Assembly (NCBI GenBank): GCA_002293705.1
Contig: DBDT01000033.1
Location: forward strand, 1 to 25,600
From: Candidatus Woesebacteria bacterium UBA925
GTDB lineage: Bacteria > Patescibacteriota > Microgenomatia > UBA8517
Direction of reading: 5' to 3'
DNA: 25,600 nt
Positions 1 to 8,686 of the stretch are shown piece by piece (the stretch's first letter is position 1; every line of letters begins with the position of its first letter). The position numbers and the translations under genes were made by a program. The notes under the pieces were generated by a model. That model was not told the DNA's origin, made no database searches, and saw only the letters and a list, made by a program, of their open reading frames with translations.

Positions 1-17
1 AGATGTGTATAAGAGAC
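1..17 (+). other. Tn5/Nextera mosaic-end adapter remnant (library artefact)
   Basis: AGATGTGTATAAGAGAC matches 17 of the 19 nt of the engineered mosaic end AGATGTGTATAAGAGACAG; it is followed by TAG rather than AG. Confidence 0.9.
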
Positions 18-680
18 TAGTGCAGATGCGTGATTGCCTTCTCTACCCGACACAAGGTTGACCCAGCTGCGCAAGTCATGCCTACCATTGCTTTTGGGCT
101 CTGCTCCTTCCAAGGCGCTTGCAATAACATCTAATACTGGGGCTGTGTCGACGATGGCCTTAAAAACCTCACCATCTGCTACTTTATTGGTAAAATCCAC
201 CCCCCATGCTCCATCCAAACCAGCAGAGACAGAGATGCCTCCAACTTCTTGCCCCTCTTTACCAAAATTAAGAGCATAACTCCTAACTCCACCCAAAGAG
301 TCTTTGATTGACAACATAAGACCGCGACCCGAGTCACCTGAGACCCTCTCAACTCTTGTTTCAATACCCTCTTGCCCTTTAAAACTTTCTTCTACTGCTC
401 CAATCTGCTCATCTGAAAACACTCTTGGGACTTGCGATCTTAAAAGACCGTAGACTTTTGCGTTCACCCCATCTACTGTCAACCCAATTGTTGAATTAAT
501 GTCTTCGACGCCTTTTGGCTCTGCTTTAAGTAGCGCAACACTAATAATTGAGTCTGGGTTATCGATCTGAAAATCAGCAATCCTGCCAAGAGTTGAGGAT
601 ACATGGTAGGGCCTAATGTCTACAAAGGAGAGTCTTTTTGATTCAACCTGATCCGAGTTGACTTGTTCTTCTTCACCCAT
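18..680 (-). CDS. Hypothetical protein, 3'-truncated by the window edge (~220 codons visible; absent from the ORF track)
   Basis: Manual translation from ATG at 680 (MGEEEQVNSDQVESKRLSFVDIRPYHVSSTLGRIADFQID...SWVNLVSGREGNHASAL) is open to the adapter with no stop. TG-T-TATTAT lies 5 nt upstream of the ATG. No family recognised. Confidence 0.75.
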
Positions 681-707
681 AAAACATAATAACACCTATC
701 ATTAATG

Positions 708-716
708 TGATACAAT
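708..716 (+). promoter_or_regulatory. Extended -10 promoter (TGaTACAAT) for the 749/1056 operon
   Basis: TGATACAAT at 708-716; SD-like GGGAGG at 739-744 before ATG 749. Confidence 0.5.
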
Positions 717-748
717 AACTATAAGTCAATTAGCTTGAGGGAGGACCC

Positions 749-1042
749 ATGATATTAGTGGCCATAAGACTCATGATCAGATTTGTTGTAATGGTAATAT
801 CTTTTTCTTTTGGCCTATTGTGGGGCTCGATTATTCCCTACAATCAATCGATTGAGCCGGTGGCTGGATCTACTTGCCTACTAATTTTACTGGTTGTTTT
901 TGCCATCGTGGTGCTTTCAATCAAAAAGAGGGTTGAGGGTAAGCACGGCAAACAGGAGCAGCTATATCCTACCTTGCTACTGCAAGTTTGGTTACTTGCA
1001 GTGCCTATTACCACTGGGGCTATTCTTGGCATCTTTATGTAA
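749..1042 (+). CDS. Small membrane protein (about 3 hydrophobic segments), unknown function
   Basis: 97-aa ORF with SD GGGAGG and hydrophobic stretches separated by a basic loop (KKRVEGKHGK). Confidence 0.65.
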   Translation: MILVAIRLMIRFVVMVISFSFGLLWGSIIPYNQSIEPVAGSTCLLILLVVFAIVVLSIKKRVEGKHGKQEQLYPTLLLQVWLLAVPITTGAILGIFM

Positions 1043-1055
1043 AGGGAGAGTATCA

Positions 1056-1565
1056 TTGAGGATTTTAATGTCTGTCTTAGTTTTGACCCTCCTCGCTGTT
1101 TCTAGTGCCCCTTACACAGACACCAAGACGGGTGGAGCTGAACCATCAGTGGCCCCTGAAACGGTTACAGCGTTCATTGGCCCAATGGTTAAATATACAT
1201 CCACTGAAACTTTCTGGTTCAGGGAAGCTGTTACGATCTCCAACAAAAACCAGGAGATCAGGGTCGCATTTGAAAGAGTGTCACTTGTCCACTTCGGACA
1301 AATACTTGGCGTAATAGTGGCAAGGGATACTACAGCGGAATGGTTAGCCTTAGCAACAAGCAATCAAATTGACCTGACAGTCTCAGACGGCTCCACGACT
1401 GAATCATTCAGTCTTGAAGCAGACGAGCTATTGGTTATCTGGATTGAAGGGTCAAGTATTCACCCATCTTTGGTTGCACAAGTGTGGCCAATGCAGTTTT
1501 GGGATGAATTTGGATTCAAAGGCAATAATCTGGAAGTTCAATCAATCGTTGAACTTAATCAGTGA
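1056..1565 (+). CDS. Secreted hypothetical protein (~169 aa; start moved from 894 to TTG 1056 or ATG 1068)
   Basis: AAAGGGAG at 1041-1048 precedes in-frame TTG 1056. The N-terminus (M)RILMSVLVLTLLAVSSA looks like a signal peptide. The 894 start would overlap the upstream gene by 149 nt. Confidence 0.65.
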   Translation: MRILMSVLVLTLLAVSSAPYTDTKTGGAEPSVAPETVTAFIGPMVKYTSTETFWFREAVTISNKNQEIRVAFERVSLVHFGQILGVIVARDTTAEWLALATSNQIDLTVSDGSTTESFSLEADELLVIWIEGSSIHPSLVAQVWPMQFWDEFGFKGNNLEVQSIVELNQ

Positions 1566-1585
1566 TTAAGCCATATCACAAGATG

Positions 1586-1615
1586 TCACCTGGCGCAGGA
1601 AAATGTGCCAGGTGA
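1586..1615. terminator. Hairpin between convergent genes (probable bidirectional terminator)
   Basis: TCACCTGGCGCA-GGAAAA-TGTGCCAGGTGA: 12-bp stem with one G:U pair; no strong U-tract. Confidence 0.65.
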
Positions 1616-1655
1616 ATTTAATGGACTACAAAGACGATTTGCTCTTGGAGGGTAA

Positions 1656-2852
1656 TTATTTAAGAACAATCGTAAGATTATCTACGTGAGCTGTTCCAGG
1701 GAAACCAAAGTTCTTGACTCCAATAAATATATTTCTTGATATCTCAGAAGCTGTAAAGGTCTTTGTAAAGGTTAGCTTTTGCCATCCTGATGATCTTAGA
1801 TCTTTAGCATTTGCCAAACCACAGTTTGAAGAACCAAGATCTTGGAAGAATGAGCAAGTTAGTCTTGGTGCACCCCAACTTCTTCCTTCCCTAACCACCT
1901 TAACGTAAGCAGATATTTCGTATTGCACACCAGCTTTCAACAAAGTGTTGATCTGTCTTCCTACATATGAGTTGTTATTTGTAAGTATCACCCCATTTGT
2001 ACCAGCATAAAACGCCGTGTTAGAAATCTTGGCTCCAGAAATGACAAATGAAGTTAGCCCACCAGTTTCAAATGAGCCATCAAACAATGCTGAGCCAGGT
2101 ATCTGGGTTGGAGCAGGGGTAGCAGAAGGGGTAACAGTTGGTGTTGCTGAGATTGTTGAGGATGGTGTTCTAGTTGCAATAGGTGTTTGTGTTGGAGCAA
2201 CAGTTGCAGTAGGAGCAGGTGTTGGGCTTGCTGTTGCTACAACTTGAGTGACATTGACTGTTGTTGATGGCATATCGCTTTGAGCCAATAAATTTGACTG
2301 AGTTGCACCAGAAACTGCTGCAACAGTTTTATTGGTATCAAAGGAAATGGTGTGAGTTCCAGCTGTTAACGGCGAGAAAACTAAATTGACCAACACAGTA
2401 GAACTTGTTTGTGCGGGGGTTAGTGTATTTGAAGACAAGTCAAAGGTGGCAGCCGACATACTGATTAAACCATTAGTGTTTGCAGAATTAACAACATTAA
2501 CAGAATCAAATCCACCAGAAGGTAAAAATGGCATAAAGGATTTCATATTTGAGTTTGTGTTTGGCTGAATGCTAATAAGCCGGAGAGCATTTTGTGGGAA
2601 TCTGATGGCAAGGTCTACCGAACGCAAGTTTAAGGCACGCTGATTTGTGACACTGAGTGAATAAGTGAACTGTTCCCCAACTCTTGCCGAAATTGTGCTT
2701 GGAGGGACAAGAGAAATACCGTTTGCAGCTCTTGAGTTGATAAGAGTTCGTATCTGACCAATTGCCACAACCAATGCAGCCAAAAGTAGCACAGTAGGTA
2801 GTATCAAAATTAACCTAGTTTTTTTGTGATGAAATAGTCTATTTTTTCTCAT
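1656..2852 (-). CDS. Membrane-anchored cohesin-domain protein with PT-rich linker and C-terminal CBM4/9-like beta-sandwich
   Basis: Basic N-terminus plus one TM helix. Cohesin-like segment (VGEQFTYSLSV...SVDLAIRFPQNALRLISI...VLVNLVFSPLTAGTHTISF, ~2250-2710). ATASPTPAPTATVAPTQTP linker. Then LFDGSFETG...YEISAYVK...WQKLTFTKT...AHVDNLTIV, typical of CBM_4_9-like domains. ATG overlaps the upstream stop (ATGA, 2849-2852). Confidence 0.7.
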   Translation of the reverse strand: MRKNRLFHHKKTRLILILPTVLLLAALVVAIGQIRTLINSRAANGISLVPPSTISARVGEQFTYSLSVTNQRALNLRSVDLAIRFPQNALRLISIQPNTNSNMKSFMPFLPSGGFDSVNVVNSANTNGLISMSAATFDLSSNTLTPAQTSSTVLVNLVFSPLTAGTHTISFDTNKTVAAVSGATQSNLLAQSDMPSTTVNVTQVVATASPTPAPTATVAPTQTPIATRTPSSTISATPTVTPSATPAPTQIPGSALFDGSFETGGLTSFVISGAKISNTAFYAGTNGVILTNNNSYVGRQINTLLKAGVQYEISAYVKVVREGRSWGAPRLTCSFFQDLGSSNCGLANAKDLRSSGWQKLTFTKTFTASEISRNIFIGVKNFGFPGTAHVDNLTIVLK

Positions 2853-5800
2853 TTTTGCATTATCTGGCTTGGCGAATTAATGATAACAGCTGGATCTCCT
2901 TGGTACATATCTACAACACCACTTACTGTAATTGTTGACCCAACTCCATACTGGTGCAATGGGTTTTCTTCAAATTGATCAATTACAGTTGATGGAATTA
3001 TTACCTTAAAGTAATCAACGTGCGGATCATTAACTGAAAGCACTAACTGCTTTCCATTGTTGTGAGCATACGCAACGGTCATTGTTGTTGATATCAACTT
3101 ACCCTGGTAGTGTCTGGCCAGCTGCGGAGACACAACTACCGCTTGACTCTCGAAAGGATCAGAATCGGTGGAAGATGCCACAGTTGAGACAACTTGACTG
3201 TCAGCTGTCGGCGATCCTGAGCTGAAGGCTATGATTGCACCATCGGAACTCCTGAAATACAACTTATTGTTGCTTGCCACATATGAGGCGTATCCACTCC
3301 AATAGGAATCGTAGATTCTTGGTTGGTTGTAGTAAATGTAAAAACCGTAAGTAATATCTCTAGCATCACCATCATTGGTTAGAGTTGATCCAGAATAATG
3401 ACTAGTTGAAAGTGGAACATTTGAGGCCGATGCCACAATGTATGGAGCCACTGTTGTTGTAATAGGATTTGTGTACGCACCTCTTGAGTCAGACCTGTCA
3501 TTGATTCTTAGTGCATATCCGATCATCCAGTGACCACCTAGAACATAGTTACCCATTACAGACACATTTGGTTGTTCGTCGGTAACAAATGGAGGATTAT
3601 TAGGATCACTAATCCAGCGCACAAAGCCTGCTTGATAACCTGGAACTGTATTGTTGTTCAAGATAAGTTCCCCAAAGTTACTGTCCCACCTTCCATCGAC
3701 TCCAGTCTTACCTCTAATTACTGTATAGGCAACCTCTTGTCCGTTTGCCAATCTCTTTATCGCAGGCTGTGGACCCATTGGCATGTAGTTGTTGTCACCA
3801 TATCCACCGTGACCCACGTTGGTGATAAATGGAATTGATCCATCTGTCAGGCTTAGTGCATACAAAGCTTGCTGGTTTGGCTGAGACTGCAAATTAGATA
3901 GAATTGCAGCATTTGTTGTTGGCCAAGGACTCCAAGTCCAAAGAGTGTTCCAGTCTCTTCTAACCTTGATAAGAACTAAGTTGTTAGCATCAGACACCAC
4001 TGGCCAGCCATACTGAACCTCAGCATATGCTCCATCAGAGGCAACTCTTGATCTCCAAACTCGCGCAGCGTTTGAATTATTGATTCCATGAACGTTTAGA
4101 TCAGAGCTTGCAACAATAACCAAATTTCTAACCTGAGAGTAAGAAGGAGGTGTGTGTATGGTGCTACCTGCATCATAAGTCCACAAAACTTGCATAGTTG
4201 ACTTGTTTAGAGCAATAGCTTGATTACCAGACACAAACACTACCCTGTCTGATAACACTAATGGTGGCAGCGGTAGTGTGCTTGTTGCGGATGACTGATA
4301 TTGACCCAAACTTGCACCAGTTGCTGCGTTTAGCTTGTACAGTGTTCCATTGGTTGAATAGCTAAACACTGAGTTTGTGGTTGAGTCATACGCAACTGTT
4401 GAGTTCATACTTCCACCAGGATTTGATTGCCAGATCTGGCTACCAGTATTTTCATCCAAGGCGAACACTCCTCTTGTTCCAGCCGCAACATACACCCTTC
4501 CACCACCAGTTACGGGTTGAACATTTCTTGGTAGAACAGTCTTACCAGACACTGGCCTACCAGATGCATCAGGACCATTCCAACTCCACATCCATCTCCA
4601 TGGATGGGCCACTTCTTGTGGTGAGTAAGATGTTCTTTGGGCATTAAATCCATGCTGACTCCATTCACCAGAGACTGAAGTGATTGGAGTAGTAGGTGTT
4701 GGCGACACAGTAGGCGAGGGGATTGGATTTATAGTGGTGGTAGGGGTAGGTGTGGCTGCAATAGTTGGTGTTGGTGTGGATACTGGTGTAGGCACAACTG
4801 TTGGGCTAGGGGTTGAGGTTTGAGCGGTTGTTAAGATGTTTGAAACGTAAGCAAAGTCAAGAGCGTTAACCACCCCATCTTTGTATTGATCAAGTGCTGA
4901 GGTGGTGGCAACGGACATTGATGACAATATTGTTCGCAGGTCTTGCTGGTTAACTAGTCCATCTTGATTTGCATCACCATTCCCATGCACTACTGGAGTT
5001 TGGGTAGGAGTAACAGTTGCAACAGGAGTTGCGGTAGGTGTTGGATTTACAGTTGGAACTGGAGTAGCACTAGGAGTGGTCGATGGAATTCCAATAACCG
5101 ATTGTGGTGTGATTTTGTAAGCAACATCGCCGACCAAAGAGGTGATGGTTACGTCTACTGATCCTGATTGAGATGACCTCACAGTTTGAGTTGTAGAGGC
5201 CCCTGTACTTGTGTCGTATCTTTGTAGATTAAAGTCAGTAGAAGCTGGAAGACCACTGACAGTAACTGTAGATGTTACAGCTGCTGGGTTTGTATTAGCC
5301 CAACCATAAGATCTGTTTTGAGCCCAGAAATAGGCAATACCCCTTGAGGTGTTTTTCTGTCCAACAACTCTTAGATTTGAGTTACTTACATTTGCCGCCA
5401 AATCCACATAACCACCTCGATTTACATCTAGGTTTTTAACAAAGTTCCAAAACACTGTGGCAATTTGTTCCCTGTTGATAAATCTAACGTGATCTGTAAA
5501 CCAATAGTTTGGTGCAGAGAATGATCCAGAGCCAATACCGCTCCAAATAATATGCCTGTACCAAATGCCTGGATTGTTTGAATTTAGACCTGCTTGCATT
5601 GATGGTCCCCACCAATTAGGCATCTCAGATAGACCCAACTCAGCAATGACCACTGGCTTGTTTGCAGGTTGTGTTCTAAACATGTTTGCAAGACGAGACA
5701 TGCCCTCGGCAACATCAGTTAGGTAGGTAAACGAGCCAAGCTCGTTTAGAGAAGAATTGCCTGAATATTCATGTAGATCAGCATAGTCAATGTTCCCAAA

Positions 5801-7537
5801 AGAACTGCCCGACCAAAATCTAGGCCTCCAGCAGCACCAAAATGAAGTGGTTGCCAAGTGTCTGTGATAATCAATTGAATCAATGTATGAGGCAAACTCT
5901 TGAGCTGCAGCCCAGTGGGGTGAGCTTCCAGAATTGGCCGGATCTTCATTTGGAGGTCCTTCATTTACAAGTTCGAATGAGTGAACATTGGTTGAATAGC
6001 CCCACCTTGCCACAACATATCTATACCACTGTCTCCTAAGCCATCCTGCTTTTGTTGAGAATGGCTGGAAGTAGCCATCGCCCAAGGTTTGCCAGTTACT
6101 CGTCCATGAGCCGTTCCTGTAAAGCCTATTAAAGATTGGGTCATTTTTGTCATGAACCACAAACTTCAAATAAACCCCACCTCTTTTTGCATCATCTAGT
6201 AGCCAGTCAAATGCTGCAGCAGCTGTTTGCTCAACATATGTGTGGATGTCTGACTTTGAATTTCTGATCAGCTCCCCACCCAAGGTATAACCAGATGTTG
6301 GACAAGTTGAAACATTGGTTGGGTTAACCACTTCTCGAACAGAAAATTCATTAATGTAAGCTTGGCCACCGGTTACGTTATCAAGATAGATGCTAAAGTC
6401 GCTGTCAGCTGAAGTGGTTCTTCTAACAGTTTGGTAGGTTGTCCACTCATTGCTTCCAGTAAAGTGAGGGGTAAGCTGTGGATATCTTCTTAGGTCGGTG
6501 TCAATTGCATTGGGGGTTGAACCATTAATCCAGGCATGATGTCTAACAGTTAGCCCATAAGGACTACTTGAATTTCTAGGACCTGTCACATTTACAGTTT
6601 TGTAGACGAGCTTAATCTGATAACAAGTGTTGGCTTTTAGCTGAGCTTGTCCTGGTCCATTTGAAAAGCCGCTTACCCACATCCTGAATCCGTTTTGAAT
6701 ATTGTCATCTGAAGCGTTACTGTCTGGGTTGCCGTTATACCAAAGTGGGTATGACATCTCAGATCCAGGGTAAACATTTTGAGTATCAAACCTTGTACTA
6801 AACCCTTCATTTCCAAGTCTCTCAGCAGAAGATATCCACCTTGCCCAGTTTCCCGAGTATGCTCCCCAACCTGCCATCCATGGTCTGTCAAAATTTACAC
6901 CTGTTCCAACATATTGTGCGTAACTGATATCAGTAGCTGCTGGATTGGTGGATTTTCCTTTGTTATCTAGCCAAGCAGGCCCTATTGGCCAAAATAGTGA
7001 CCTGTTTGAGAACTCAAAATACCTGCTGTCAGATTGGCTAACCTTAACAAATCCTGGATTTGAAGAAGAAACCACATTCACTGTACCCACTGAATATGTT
7101 GATGAACCATCGGCATCGGTTGCCTTTAAGACAATAGTGTGTTGTCCCAGCTCTTGGGGTGAAAATCTTAATGCCCAATATGATTCACTCTTTTGCTGAA
7201 ACCTGTGGGTAGTACCTGAAACAAACCTTTCAGCCTCTGTCATATAAAAGGCTGGGTGTGTGGCGACCCTTCCACTTGGAGAGCGGATCTCACCTTCCAC
7301 AGTTATTCCAGTTCTTGAACCTACTCCTTGTGGGGTAGAAGTTGAGTATTCAAAGAACAAATTTTTAGCAGAAGTTGATACGTCAAATTTAACTTCATAT
7401 TTTTCATAAAGACCAACCTGTGTTGGAGCAGTCCTGATGCCAGTTATTGTGGCGGCTCTTGAATCTACAGGAAGCAGTGCTGAGAGGAAAATAAACGTTG
7501 TAAAAAATGTCAAAAAGACAGCAGACTTTAACTTCAT
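2849..7537 (-). CDS. Giant secreted multidomain glycoside hydrolase: signal peptide, DUF5060-like N-domain, clan GH-A (GH5-like) catalytic domain, dockerin, PQQ-like beta-propeller, C-terminal OB-fold (~1562 aa)
   Basis: Signal peptide MKLKSAVFLTFF...VDSRA. VGLYEKYEVKF (DUF5060-like start). Catalytic pair FELVNEG (Glu codon 5960-5962) and VVIAELG (Glu codon 5639-5641). Two PT linkers flank the EF-hand-like repeats DANQDGLVNQQD and DQYKDGVVNALD (~4844-4984). WSQHGFNAQRTS and ALDENTGSQIW mark PQQ-type blades (~3220-4669). The tail ending ITVSGVVDMYQGDPAVIINSPSQI is OB-fold-like. Start taken as ATG 7537, 6 nt after TATAAT. Confidence 0.8.
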   Translation of the reverse strand: MKLKSAVFLTFFTTFIFLSALLPVDSRAATITGIRTAPTQVGLYEKYEVKFDVSTSAKNLFFEYSTSTPQGVGSRTGITVEGEIRSPSGRVATHPAFYMTEAERFVSGTTHRFQQKSESYWALRFSPQELGQHTIVLKATDADGSSTYSVGTVNVVSSSNPGFVKVSQSDSRYFEFSNRSLFWPIGPAWLDNKGKSTNPAATDISYAQYVGTGVNFDRPWMAGWGAYSGNWARWISSAERLGNEGFSTRFDTQNVYPGSEMSYPLWYNGNPDSNASDDNIQNGFRMWVSGFSNGPGQAQLKANTCYQIKLVYKTVNVTGPRNSSSPYGLTVRHHAWINGSTPNAIDTDLRRYPQLTPHFTGSNEWTTYQTVRRTTSADSDFSIYLDNVTGGQAYINEFSVREVVNPTNVSTCPTSGYTLGGELIRNSKSDIHTYVEQTAAAAFDWLLDDAKRGGVYLKFVVHDKNDPIFNRLYRNGSWTSNWQTLGDGYFQPFSTKAGWLRRQWYRYVVARWGYSTNVHSFELVNEGPPNEDPANSGSSPHWAAAQEFASYIDSIDYHRHLATTSFWCCWRPRFWSGSSFGNIDYADLHEYSGNSSLNELGSFTYLTDVAEGMSRLANMFRTQPANKPVVIAELGLSEMPNWWGPSMQAGLNSNNPGIWYRHIIWSGIGSGSFSAPNYWFTDHVRFINREQIATVFWNFVKNLDVNRGGYVDLAANVSNSNLRVVGQKNTSRGIAYFWAQNRSYGWANTNPAAVTSTVTVSGLPASTDFNLQRYDTSTGASTTQTVRSSQSGSVDVTITSLVGDVAYKITPQSVIGIPSTTPSATPVPTVNPTPTATPVATVTPTQTPVVHGNGDANQDGLVNQQDLRTILSSMSVATTSALDQYKDGVVNALDFAYVSNILTTAQTSTPSPTVVPTPVSTPTPTIAATPTPTTTINPIPSPTVSPTPTTPITSVSGEWSQHGFNAQRTSYSPQEVAHPWRWMWSWNGPDASGRPVSGKTVLPRNVQPVTGGGRVYVAAGTRGVFALDENTGSQIWQSNPGGSMNSTVAYDSTTNSVFSYSTNGTLYKLNAATGASLGQYQSSATSTLPLPPLVLSDRVVFVSGNQAIALNKSTMQVLWTYDAGSTIHTPPSYSQVRNLVIVASSDLNVHGINNSNAARVWRSRVASDGAYAEVQYGWPVVSDANNLVLIKVRRDWNTLWTWSPWPTTNAAILSNLQSQPNQQALYALSLTDGSIPFITNVGHGGYGDNNYMPMGPQPAIKRLANGQEVAYTVIRGKTGVDGRWDSNFGELILNNNTVPGYQAGFVRWISDPNNPPFVTDEQPNVSVMGNYVLGGHWMIGYALRINDRSDSRGAYTNPITTTVAPYIVASASNVPLSTSHYSGSTLTNDGDARDITYGFYIYYNQPRIYDSYWSGYASYVASNNKLYFRSSDGAIIAFSSGSPTADSQVVSTVASSTDSDPFESQAVVVSPQLARHYQGKLISTTMTVAYAHNNGKQLVLSVNDPHVDYFKVIIPSTVIDQFEENPLHQYGVGSTITVSGVVDMYQGDPAVIINSPSQIMQK

Positions 7538-7543
7538 GTATTC

Positions 7544-7574
7544 ATTATATGTACTCAACTCACTAGCTTGTCAA
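7544..7574 (-). promoter_or_regulatory. Sigma70-type promoter of the GH/cohesin operon
   Basis: Minus strand TTGACA (7574-7569), 19-nt spacer, TATAAT (7549-7544), 6 nt, then ATG 7537. The spacer is slightly long. Confidence 0.55.
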
Positions 7575-7593
7575 TCACAGCTATGGGCAACAG

Positions 7594-7923
7594 CTATCTA
7601 TTGTCACCAGTGCTTGCAATTTTACCCTCAGACATTCTCTTTTTTAGCTTCTCTAAATTCATCTGAACAACTTCTTCCATGCTTATTCCAAGCTCAGTTG
7701 CAATTTGTGACACATACCAAATTACATCACCAAGCTCCTTGGCAAGCTCCACCTTAGCCTCATCACCAATCACTCCGTTATCGTTTCTAAATAGTTTTTT
7801 AATCTTTTCAACAACCTCACCACTCTCGCCAGCCAATCCAAGGGCAGGGTACACAATCTCATGGCCTATTTTTGGGTAAATTGCTGTTTTTCTGCTTTCT
7901 TTTTGGTAGGTGTTAAAGTCCAT
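7594..7923 (-). CDS. MazG-like nucleoside triphosphate pyrophosphohydrolase
   Basis: LGLAGESGEVVEKIKK and ELGDVIWY carry the ExxE...ExxD metal-binding motif; single-domain, 109 aa. Confidence 0.9.
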   Translation of the reverse strand: MDFNTYQKESRKTAIYPKIGHEIVYPALGLAGESGEVVEKIKKLFRNDNGVIGDEAKVELAKELGDVIWYVSQIATELGISMEEVVQMNLEKLKKRMSEGKIASTGDNR

Positions 7924-7942
7924 AAATCATTATTACATAACA

Positions 7943-7971
7943 TTGACTATCTTATAGTAATAAAATATAAT
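7943..7971 (+). promoter_or_regulatory. Near-consensus sigma70 promoter for the 8012 gene
   Basis: TTGACT (7943-7948), 17-nt spacer, TATAAT (7966-7971); SD-like AGGTGA at 8003-8008. Confidence 0.65.
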
Positions 7972-8011
7972 TATTGTATTGTCTTTTCTTGTATTAAAGG
8001 GTAGGTGACCA

Positions 8012-8644
8012 ATGAGGTTCGTTTTAGCAATCATGGTGATTTCTGCGGTGTTTTTTTCAGGCTTTAGCTGGGTTAATTCAGGTGTTGAATGTGTAATCGA
8101 TATCAACACAGCCACAAACAGTGCGATGGACACAGACACAATCAGTTCCATAGGTATTGTGGTTACTGCCACTGGTGCATCGTTTGATGCACTTTACATA
8201 AGACACATGCCGCAAGATTCTTCTTCTTTTTTGGTAAGCGATCGCGCAAGAAGAAGAGTCATGGCTGTTGTATCTAATTACATCACATACACACCTGGTC
8301 AACCGAAAGAGTGGAGAGATGAAGTCAGGCTTCAGATGACTCGTCTCATCGCTGCACCAATACCGCCTGGCATCACCACTCAGGAACAATACCAATACGT
8401 AGTCAGTAGGGATGCAAAGGGCATAGATACAGGGGCTTACAGAACAAGGTCGGGTCCCATACTAGAGGTATTATCGGCGGACAATGCAAGAGTAACGGAA
8501 GATGTGTACCTGGATAACACATTCTTCTTTGAGTACGATTCGCCAACTCAAGAGGCCGAAGTTAGTTTTTCGGTGATAAATCCGATTACTGTTAGCGATT
8601 TGACAGTTGAGGTGTGGGACGGCTACACCCTCCTGGACTGCTAG
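8012..8644 (+). CDS. Secreted or membrane-anchored hypothetical protein
   Basis: 210-aa ORF with N-terminal hydrophobic signal (MRFVLAIMVISAVFFSGFSW), its own promoter, SD and downstream hairpin; no family recognised. Confidence 0.75.
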   Translation: MRFVLAIMVISAVFFSGFSWVNSGVECVIDINTATNSAMDTDTISSIGIVVTATGASFDALYIRHMPQDSSSFLVSDRARRRVMAVVSNYITYTPGQPKEWRDEVRLQMTRLIAAPIPPGITTQEQYQYVVSRDAKGIDTGAYRTRSGPILEVLSADNARVTEDVYLDNTFFFEYDSPTQEAEVSFSVINPITVSDLTVEVWDGYTLLDC

Positions 8645-8661
8645 CGGTGACGATATCTAAG

Positions 8662-8685
8662 ATTACCGGCCACACGGCCGGTAAT
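8662..8685. terminator. Perfect hairpin between convergent genes
   Basis: ATTACCGGCC-ACAC-GGCCGGTAAT, 10-bp perfect stem, 1 nt from the lon stop codon. Confidence 0.7.
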
Positions 8686-8686
8686 T

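Noticed and set aside
894-1055. Long N-terminal extension of the 223-aa ORF
   Set aside because: It overlaps the 749-1042 gene; the SD and signal peptide point to a start at 1056/1068.
1621-1689. ATGGACTACAAAGACGAT (MDYKDD) matches the start of a common FLAG-tag coding sequence
   Set aside because: The match stops after six codons (continues LLLEGNYLRTIVRLST*, not DDK). There is no vector context or RBS, and the frame runs antisense into the cohesin gene. Treated as a striking coincidence; read mapping would exclude contamination.
4680-5100. Repetitive GGT/GTT-rich tracts (also ~2090-2245) as a possible repeat array or CRISPR
   Set aside because: They are degenerate codons for Pro/Thr-rich linkers inside ORFs, with no identical repeat-spacer periodicity. 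No cas genes are present.
7999-8010. GGTAGGTGACC matches part of the IS left TIR (reverse complement)
   Set aside because: Only 11 nt, lacks the GTGGAACGGT block, and is explained as the SD of the 8012 gene.
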